This document shows, one piece after another, positions 54,848 through 64,000 of a stretch of DNA of 64,000 nucleotides. The number at the start of each line of letters is the position of its first letter. Position 1 is the first letter of the stretch. Source of the DNA: Octopus sinensis (lineage: Eukaryota); NCBI RefSeq assembly GCF_006345805.1, contig NC_043017.1, positions 8,432,001 through 8,496,000 on the forward strand, written 5' to 3'. A program made the translations under genes and the position numbers. Below the pieces are notes generated by a model. The model was not told the origin of the DNA and ran no database searches. It saw only the letters and a list, made by a program, of their open reading frames with translations.

Positions 54848-55631
54848 CACATATTGTATACACACACATTATATGTGTGTGTGTGTGTATTTATCGTTTG
54901 GCATTTACACTCTGATGCCCATTCTCCAGTTTAAATAAATGCCTTGGCTGCTTTCACAAGCTCTTACGTACATATTTTCAGCATTCATTTCTCTCTAACC
55001 TCACATAATAATTCACTCATGCAACATCGATGTTGATGATGTCAAAAATAATAATAATAATAATAATAATAATCTGTTGAAAATTTAGAATATTGCCTCT
55101 TAAGAGATTACTGAGATCTGTTCAGTAGAGCTATCTGAGATTAAGATTTATGATGATATGGATTTCATGTAAATACAATGATTTTGGTTGTTTTTTTTTC
55201 CTTTTTTCTTTTATATCCGTTTTTGATTTTGCTAGTTGTTGATTAGGGCAGAGCCTTGTGTGGTCAGTGGCTTAGAGTGCTCTGTTGGAATCTGGGTAGT
55301 ATCTATGTGGTTGTTCAGTCTGCTAGAAATGCCAGCCAGATCACTGTCCTCCCCTGTACCTTGCTAATCATGTGAGAGTATTTAAGGAAAAAATATAGAG
55401 GAAAGACACATTAGGTAATATTTGTTAATCAGTCGGTTCCCTCTGTGCCGTTTGATACATAAGGTCACAACAGGATCTCTCCAACCAGCTCTGTTTTGTG
55501 CCACTGTTCTGGTTTCATTCCAGCTTCTCCCCCACTTCTCTTCTCCTTTCCTTGTCAATGGCCCTTCACCATGTGATATTAAGGCACCCTGCTGCTCTTT
55601 GCCCCTTTAGGACCACCATATAATCGCTTTC

Positions 55632-56400
55632 TCAGTCTTGTCTGTGGACGTGTCCAGTCCAGTTCCAGCATCTACATCCTATTTCGTCGCTAATCTTGTT
55701 ATGTCCATTGTGCCATTTCGGACTAGTAGTAGTAGTAGCAGCAGCAGTAGTAGTATCGTTGGTAGTAGTGTTAGTATTAGCAGTGGTAGAGGAGGTGGTA
55801 TTAGTAATGCTATTGTTGCATCTATTAGTAGTTGCATTTGTGGTAGGAGTGTTAGTAGTAGAACTGTTTCCAGTAATGGTAATATTGCGGTTGGTGCTAG
55901 TATTAATATCATTAGTAGTTGAAGTATATGCATTATTAGTTGTAGTGTTTGTAGTATAATTAGTATCGTTAGTATCAGTGTGCCTATTAATGTTTGCATT
56001 GGTTCCATCTGTGTACCCATTACCCTCTGAGGTGGGGACCATATTATGTATGTTTAAGTTGTTTAAAGTGGTTGGGCCAGGGGTATTAGAGATGTAATTG
56101 CAGTCGGTGTTAGTGTTTTCATTGTGTAGGTCTATGGTATTAGGGTTGTATGCATTTAGATAGTTAGAGCTAAGTTTACATTTATTAGATGAGGTGGTAA
56201 TAGATTCTATATTTGGTGTAGATGAATAGAATAATTTCAAAGTGGATCAATTAAAGATAGAATGGTACTTATGATTATGTGGGAAATTGGATTCTGCTAT
56301 TCTAAAGAAAGCTTCAGCGAGGCCCTTAATGTTTAAAGCGAATGGTGGTGTATAGCAGAGAATAGATCTCCGACCGCTTTTATTAGGAATGTTAGAGGTG
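55632..56400 (-). mobile_element. Penelope-like element ORF fragment (post-RT region plus Thr/Asn-rich linker)
   Basis: RRSILCYTPPFALNIKGLAEAFFRIAESNFPHNHKYHSIFN*STLKLFYSSTPNIESI matches the PLE motif RNIIWFNPPFS....FP..H.L.KIFNRNT.K.SYS...N; one stop at 56247-56249. Confidence 0.75.
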
Positions 56401-57574
56401 CGTTGGAAGGTCTAATAGTAGTAGTATTAGTGTTCGTAGATCGAGTGTTATGTGTGCAGGTGATAGGTGGGTGAGATTGTCTGATCGTAGTAAGAAGATG
56501 ATGGTGTTGATGGCAGTGAAAATGAGGACGACAATGATAGCAACCGCAATACTTACAACAAGGGTGATGATGATGACAAGGAGGAGGAGGAAGAGGACGA
56601 TGATATACAATGATGACAACAATGACCCAGAGGAAGATGATGACTGCAATGATGATGATGGTATATGACAACAGTGTTGATGCTGATAATAAATAATTTT
56701 ATGATGATGATGATGATATTGACCATGAAGTTACTAGTGATGGTGATGATGACTATGTTGATGATGATGATGATGATGATGATAATATTTCTTGATAACA
56801 TTGCTACTTAATCCTTCTCTAGGACACCATTATGTAGAACGCAGTGAGTGAGTGGAACCGAGAAGAGAGGGTGGAGTCATACACACGACCATCATCCGGA
56901 TTGTCTGACCATCCTGTCTTTGTGTGTCCATTAGGATCTCATCTCTTAATGACACAAAGAGTTTCCATGTCTCTGGTATTATGCTTGACATTTGATCGGC
57001 TGATTGTCTCTTCCACTCTGATCCGATTAATAATCTCGTCTAAAATGCCATGATCGAGAACAACAACAACATCAACAATACCAACAACAACAACATCATC
57101 AACAACAACAACAACAGCAACAACGACAACAACAGCAACAACAACGATTTTCTGATTTAGTCACAGAGCCAGCTTTCTTACAGAGGAAGGGGCTACTGGC
57201 TTATGGTGGTCCCAGTTCTTGATTGATATTGTATTTTCATTGACCCTGAATGGATGGAAGGCAAAGATGACCTTGAAAGGATTTGAGCTCAGAAAGCAAA
57301 GAGCTGGAACGGATGCCACAAGGCAGATTTTTTCTGCTGTTTTAATGAATCTCTTACACCACCTCCCTTAATAATAGTAATGATGATAATAATAATAATA
57401 ATAATCCTTTCTATTATAGGCACAAGGCCTGAAATTTTGGGGGAGAGGATAAGTCGTTTACATTGACTTATCCTCTTTTTAAAATGAGAATATCTGAAAT
57501 AAACTTGACTGCTCTTACAAATGAGAATACTAAAAATGAACCCGACCACTCTCAAAAATTAAGTAAAAAAACAG

Positions 57575-58006
57575 GAAAAATAATCCAGAATCCTTGCCCA
57601 GTACCTGATCGATCCCAGTGGTAGTCATCAAATGTGAAGGTGGCTGTAGAAAACTTAGTAACAGTAATAAATAGTTTATCCTTATTTAATACAAGCCAAA
57701 GTTAACAAAAATCACCATTCAAAATAGTTGCATCCTAAATGGAGATAATTGAGAAAGACTTGAAAGTTAATATAAGGTCGTAATCATGTAAAGTAAATAT
57801 AAGAAATAATCCAGAATCCTTGTCCGGTACCGAATTGATCCAAAATCTAATCAGTTTGTGCCAGTCACGAGGCCAAACATCCCTGAAAGTTTCATCCGAA
57901 TCCATTCAGCGGTTCTTGAGATATCTTGTCCATGGACAAACTAACAAGCAAACAAAAAAAAAACAAACATTGGCTAAAAACAATAGTCTGCCTTTGCTAA
58001 GACAGA

Positions 58007-58012
<6 letters not shown>
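57575..58012 (+). mobile_element. Helentron/HINE-like non-autonomous element
   Basis: aaagtttcatccgaatccattcagcggttcttgagatatc, then an (ACAA)-type tract and a 3' hairpin ending cagaggtaat; internal duplication of aataatccagaatccttg. Confidence 0.45.
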
Positions 58013-58039
<27 letters not shown>

Positions 58040-58253
58040 CCTTTCTATTAAAGGCAGAAGGCATTAAATTTGGTGGGAGGGGTTAGTCGATTATATCAAC
58101 CCTAGTATGTAACTGGTGCTTATTTCGTCGACCCCCTAAATGATGAAAGGCAAAGTCAACATTGGCGGAATTTGAACTCAGAACATAAAGACAGACAAAA
58201 TGCTGCTATGCATTTTGCCTGGTGTGATAACAAGTCTGCCAGCTTACCACCTT

Positions 58254-58288
<35 letters not shown>

Positions 58289-58297
58289 ATAATAATC

Positions 58298-58530
58298 CTA
58301 TTTCTTTATTACCCACAAGGGGCTAAACACAGAGGGGACAAACAAAGACAGACAAACGGATTAAGTCGATTATATCGACCCCAGTGCGTAACTGGTACTT
58401 AATTTATCGACCCCGAAAGGATGAAAGGCAAAGTCGACCTCGGCGGAATTTGAACTCAGAACGTAGCGGCAGACGAAATACGGATACGCATTACGCCCGG
58501 CGTGCTAACGATTCTGCCAGCTCACCGCCT
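58298..58530 (-). mobile_element. Young copy of tRNA-derived SINE family B
   Basis: Reverse strand ggcggtgagctggcagaatcgttagc...gagttcaaattccgccgaggtcgactttgcctttcatcctttcggggtcgataaattaagtacc with CpGs intact; many copies beside (TAA)n, e.g. 16200-16930, 34670-34890, 46640-46850, 61930-63180. Confidence 0.85.
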
Positions 58531-59594
58531 TTCTATTAAAAGCACAAGGCTTGAGATTTGGGGGAAGAGGGACTAGCCGATTTATTCACCTCAGTAAGTA
58601 ACTATACTTATTTCATTATAATGGTTGTCTGCCATTTGGACTGAAGACCTAAAGAGTCTTTACTGCATTGAACAGGTTTTTATTCTTACTCTTCATGGGT
58701 TTATTTGTCAGTGTGTTCAAAATTTTAGTCTGGCTAACGTCATTATGGCTGAAAGAGTATAGATGATGTAGGGAAGGATTTAGCTACCCAAGATTCACAG
58801 CAGCAGTATAAGACTTTCCTTCATTCTGTAGGTAAATAAAGACAGGGAGTTTTTATTTGAAGAGGTAACCTGAAAGACATGATGACTGCATGGTTCTCTA
58901 TGGTGGTGGTGAGGAGTATTTGACTTAAGCTGCAAAGGGTCCTCAACAGCATAGGTTAAATGTTTGATTTGTGGTTTGCTTTTGGTGGTGGGTGGGTGAG
59001 AGGGAGCTGTTTGACACAAACCCACAGGTCAGTAATTTGCTTTTCACTGAATGTGTGTGTGCTGGACAGTTTCTTTGTCCTGTGCATTATCCCAGACAGG
59101 TTTGGTCACTGGTACTTCTGTGCTTGTAGAGCTTGTCCCGAACAAAGCTCTCCCTCACCCTCCAACATTATCAGACTAAGGACTTTTGGAAATCGTTCAT
59201 AAACCCCCAATTTGAAAGTCCTCCAAAAGCGATTGATCAGATTGCTCTCATTGAAGCACAGAATCATTTGCAGGTCTTTGTCATTTGCCCTCTCCATTGA
59301 CTCTCTTACACAACACTCAGCTTGACTTTTCATCATCCTCATTGTCCAACTGGTAGAGATCAGTGAGTACCCGACAACATCCCAAATGACAAATATCCAA
59401 TGCCAGTCTGTATTTAATCTAAGACAGCAACTCGATCAAAGAGATGATCTACAGAAAGATATGTCACATGAATGGTAGCTGCACCTGTTTTCTATCTTCA
59501 TTGCATAATAGTCCAGGAATTTTTGCAGCCCCAACATGGTCATCTGGGACCAAATCCAAGACCTCCCACAGAATGACTATGATTAATAGTGGTG

Positions 59595-59835
59595 ACCTTA
59601 GCAGGGTTACAGGACTGATGTTGTCTATAAATACCGCTACTCTGGACCCTTCTTCAGAAGTATCGCCTCTCCTTGACTCGAATCACTGGGAGTGCCCTCA
59701 ATTTGATGCTTCCAAGTTAATAACGAACAAATCTGGAATAGAATGATAAAGTTTGTTGAAAAGACCATCCAGTCCCGGAAATTTGGTCCTCATACAGCAG
59801 CTCAACACATCCACTACTTCTGCTGAAATCAGCTT
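59595..59835 (-). mobile_element. L1/Tx1-like RT N-terminal fragment
   Basis: ISAEVVDVLSCCMRTKFPGLDGLFNKLY...ILLKK.../IDNISPVTLL resembles KSPG.DG...FY and NFRPITLL. Confidence 0.6.
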
Positions 59836-62800
59836 TTCATGATAATAATAACACTATTAATAATAATAATAATAACGATGATGAAAACGACTGAAATTAC
59901 AGCAGATTAGAATGGATTAACATTATTCCAGCTGAAAAGCTATAAAGCTTCCTCCGCCCTAATCCTGATTGCTATCAAGAGAAAAAGAAAATTACCCACA
60001 TCACATCCATTTTTGTATCGGGTTTTTCTTCTCCTCTTCTTTCTCTACTAATACTACCACTCCTTATAAACCTCCCTCTCACTATTATTGCTGCTTTCTG
60101 TGATGATGATGATGATGATGATTATGGTTGTGATTGGTGATTGATTGTTATGGTGGTGGCAGTGGTGATTGATGGTTGTGGTGGTGGTGATGGTGGTGGT
60201 AAAGATGCTTTTACTGCTAACTGATCCGAAGAAAGATTAAAGGTGTGGCCACCTAGTGTGAGATCTCACCACCATTGCTACCACAGTCGTTGTGCCGTGT
60301 GTTAGCAGTGTTCTGCTTGGGTATACTATCATTCTGCCATTGTAATCATCTCCGTATTCCATCATAGAGGAATTATAACAAGTTCTTTCTGTGACCATTT
60401 TTTTTTACCTTTATCTTTCTCTCTGTCATTCTCTCTCTGTCTGTCTGTCTGTCTCTCTTTTCTCTGACGCTCTCTCTCCAAGACTTAGGTCCATTTACCT
60501 TTCTTCTGAACTGCCAGGTAGGTCTATCTTTCTATTTGTCAGTTCTGTCTGTTGTCAGTTTATATTTCATATTATGTATAATATTTGTGTGTGTTTATAT
60601 ATGTGTATATATATATATATTTATATATAGATAGATAAATAGATATATATACACACACGCACACACATATATACACCTACCCACACACACACACACACAC
60701 ACACATATATACATATACATATACACTCTATGTTTCCATTGCTATTTGCTTTTCAGTGATATTTGTTTTTCATTAATTGATTTTGTTAATTTTGAATTAA
60801 AACTCATCAATGTTACAATTTTATTACCTAACAATATTGTATAAAATGCCAACAACACCATTGAGTAAAACAAAAGCTCAAGGTGAACCCTCATATATAA
60901 ATGCTAGTTTAATTCCTAGTTTAAGACAACTTATTCACCTTACTTTGCTAACACTCATTCCTAAAGATGCTTCACGCATCTCTCTTGCAGCTTCTCATAT
61001 TAATTGTAATACCTAACGTTAGTTTACTTAATTAACTCGTTAGCAAATTGCTCAGTCAAACAAATTGCTTATTTATTGAAATCGGTTTCAATTAATCGTG
61101 CATTATCTCGCAGCTTCAAAGATTTCAGTCATGTGGTTGTATATTTTTAGTATAACATTGTATGGTATGCGTGAGAAGCTGAATCTGGTCAGTTTGAATA
61201 TAAAACATGTAGAATATTTGGGCCGGATGTGGCCAGTTTAAATGCTAAAGGGTTAAGCTCTTCACTTTCCCTGGGGCATTGGCCATAGATACTTTTATCC
61301 ACTGTTTTTGACTTTGGGTTGTCTTTTGTGCCTCTCTCAAACTGGAACTTGGTGCTTCCTTTCGGATTTGACTGTACGATCTTGCTTTGGTTTCCCTGAG
61401 AGAAAGCCTTTTCCCAGGAATTGGATTAGAACCGTTCTTAATGTTTCTGTAAACTTACTTTTTTCTAGGTAGGACTGTGGGCCCTATGTAAATCCCTTTC
61501 TATCCCCACCTACTACTTTGCTGCCCTTCCCATTTTATGCATTGTCCTGATGTTTCTCTGGGGGAAGGTTTTCCTCTCTCAGCTCTTGTTAGGAAGAGGT
61601 GATCCTTATTAATCTGGTTGGTATCTTTTGACCTGTCCAGCATGGGAAACTTTGCTAAAGGCTTATATCCTACTTTTGAGTGGGATGGGCTACTCGATCT
61701 GAAGAAAATTCTAACAGGGCCCCAGCTGTAAGGTCATGCACTGTTTATCTTGATATAAGTTCATCATGTCGTGTACATATGGTTATGATGCCTATGCCTA
61801 GTGTACCCTTATCAGATGGGTAGTCATAATAGGTATACTGGGCTTCATATATTTTACCTTAGTGTTACTTTGATGAAATGCCCTGCTCTCTCACTCAATA
61901 ATAATAATAATAATATAATAATAATAATGATTTCAAATTTTGGCAGTTTTGTGGGTAGAAGGTTAGTCAATTATACCAACCCCAGTGCTTGATTCATACT
62001 TTATTTTATTGACCCTGAAAGGATGTAAAGTTATGTTAACCTTGGTGGGATTTGAACCCAAAATGCAAAAAAACTAAAAGAAATCCTATGCGTTTTGCCC
62101 AATGTGTTGACAATTCTACCATCTTGACATCCTAGATGATAATAATAATAATTCTTTCTACTGTAAGCATAAGGCCAGTCATTTTGGGAGAGGGTCATAC
62201 TTGTTAACACTGACCCCTCCCCCCCAATGCTCAACTGGTACATATTTTATTGACCAACCCCCTCCCCTTCCCCCCAAAAGATGTAAAGTAAATTTGACCT
62301 TAGTGGAATTTGAACTCAGGACTTAGAGAGCCTGAAGAAATGCTGTTAGGCATTTTCCTCTCACATACCAACAATTCTATCAGCTCATCACCTTAATAAT
62401 AATAATAACCCTTTCTACTAAAGGCACAAGGCCTGAAATTTGAGAGGAGGGGAGAAGTCGATTTCATCCCCCCCCCTGCGTTCTGCTGGTACTTAATTTA
62501 TCAATCCCGAAAGGATGAAAGGCAAAGTTGACCTCGGCACAATTTGAACGCAGAACATAGCAATGCGTGAAATACCACTAAGCATTTCATCCAGCAGTAT
62601 TTCACCCATCGCTACATTCTGAGTTCAAATTCTGCCAAGGACAGCTTTACCTTTCATCCTTTTGGGGTCGATAAATTAAGTGCCAATTGAACACTGGGGG
62701 CCAATGTAATCAACTCATCCCCTCCCCCAAAATTGTTGCCCTTGTGGCAAAATTTGAAGCCATTATTATTATCATCATTGTTACTATTATTGTCATCAGC

Positions 62801-64000
62801 ATCATCATCATTATTATTAAGGTGGCTAGCTGGCCAAGTCGTTAGTATGCCAGGCAAAATGCTTGGCATGCTAACGGCTCAGCCAGCTCACCACTTTAAT
62901 AATAATGATAATAATAATAATGATTAATTATGCTGATGACAATAATAGTAATAATAATAATGATAATAATAATGGTTTCAAATTTTGCCACAAGGGCAGT
63001 AATTTTGTGAAGAGGGGGCTAATTGATTACATCAGTCTCAATATCCATCTGGTACTCATTTTATTAACCCCAAAAGGATGAAAAGTAAAGATGACCCTGT
63101 TGAGATTTGAACCCAGAATCTAAAGATTGGAAAATGCTGAGCAGCATTTTTGTCAGGCACAGTAATAATTCTGCCTTAATAATAATAATAATGATGATGA
63201 TGATGATGGTGGTGCTGATTTATTAAGATTGGTGTAAAGGTAAAACGCAGTTAAAAAAAGCATGATGTGTAATTAAAAAAAAAATCCAAGAAACATCACA
63301 GATTGACTTTGTTTCTTGAATAATATTTCAACTGTGTCTGTCTTCCTCAGGTTAAAGTAAGACAGGAATAATAAAAAAATATTCAAAAAAATTGCAGAAA
63401 TGCAGAAATTTAAAAAAATTCAACTATTCCGCATTACTTCCTAGACAAAAAAACAAAACAAAACAAAACAAAACAAACAATGAGACATCATAAAGTTTTG
63501 CTTGTTCATAAGTTTGGTATAACAAAAAGAAGAGAAAAAAAGGAGAAAAATAATCAGTCATGAATGAGTGAAAGTTGATGTCTTTTTTTTTTCGCTTTTC
63601 TTTTGGCTTGGAAAATGAATTTTTGAATATCTGCACTTCTGTATATCTCCAATTTTTTTTTGTTATTCTTTCTTTTTTTTTCAATCTGTGGAAGTCAGAC
63701 AAACAGCTGAAATATTTTTCAATAAAGAAAAATCAATCATATTACACTCTTCTTCTTCTTCTTCTTCTTCTTCTTCTTCTCCCCCGATTTAACCCTTTTG
63801 TTATCATATTTCTGTTAAAATACACAGGCTTTGTTTCAACTAATTTCGAAAATAATGAAAAGTTCTGTAAAATAGCTTTCTCATTATTAAGTTGATATTT
63901 TGGAGCAAAAATTAGGAAATTTTGGGGGAAGGTTTTTCATTTAGATCACTTTAACCCTTTTGTTACCATATTTCTGTTGAAATACATTTTTCAATTAATT

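Overview
AT-rich, microsatellite-saturated eukaryotic genomic DNA. The SINE/LINE families and simple-repeat load resemble an octopus (coleoid cephalopod) genome; this is inferred from recall, not verified. The only well-supported host gene is the 5' part of a + strand class III myosin (MYO3/NINAC-like): six GT-AG exons (25716-53397) splice in frame into an intact STE20-family kinase domain. A likely extra first coding exon lies at 11778-11841, and the rest of the gene lies beyond the window. Nearly all ORFs in the supplied track are microsatellite artefacts. The introns hold tRNA-derived SINEs, decayed RTE, CR1, R4/Dong, Tx1 and Penelope-like fragments, hAT and piggyBac-type MITEs with target-site duplications, and Helitron-like elements. 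The most unusual signals are at RNA level. (1) Several unrelated repeat families carry hammerhead-ribozyme-like folds: one with a near-canonical core (53686-53800, sense strand) and one family with a compensated U3-A8 core inside a long palindrome. (2) A 75-bp hairpin (45211-45373) has 8 mismatches that are all G-U wobbles on the sense strand. (3) There are several splicing oddities: a 242-nt AG-free zone, an in-frame tandem acceptor after DFG, and candidate microexons.
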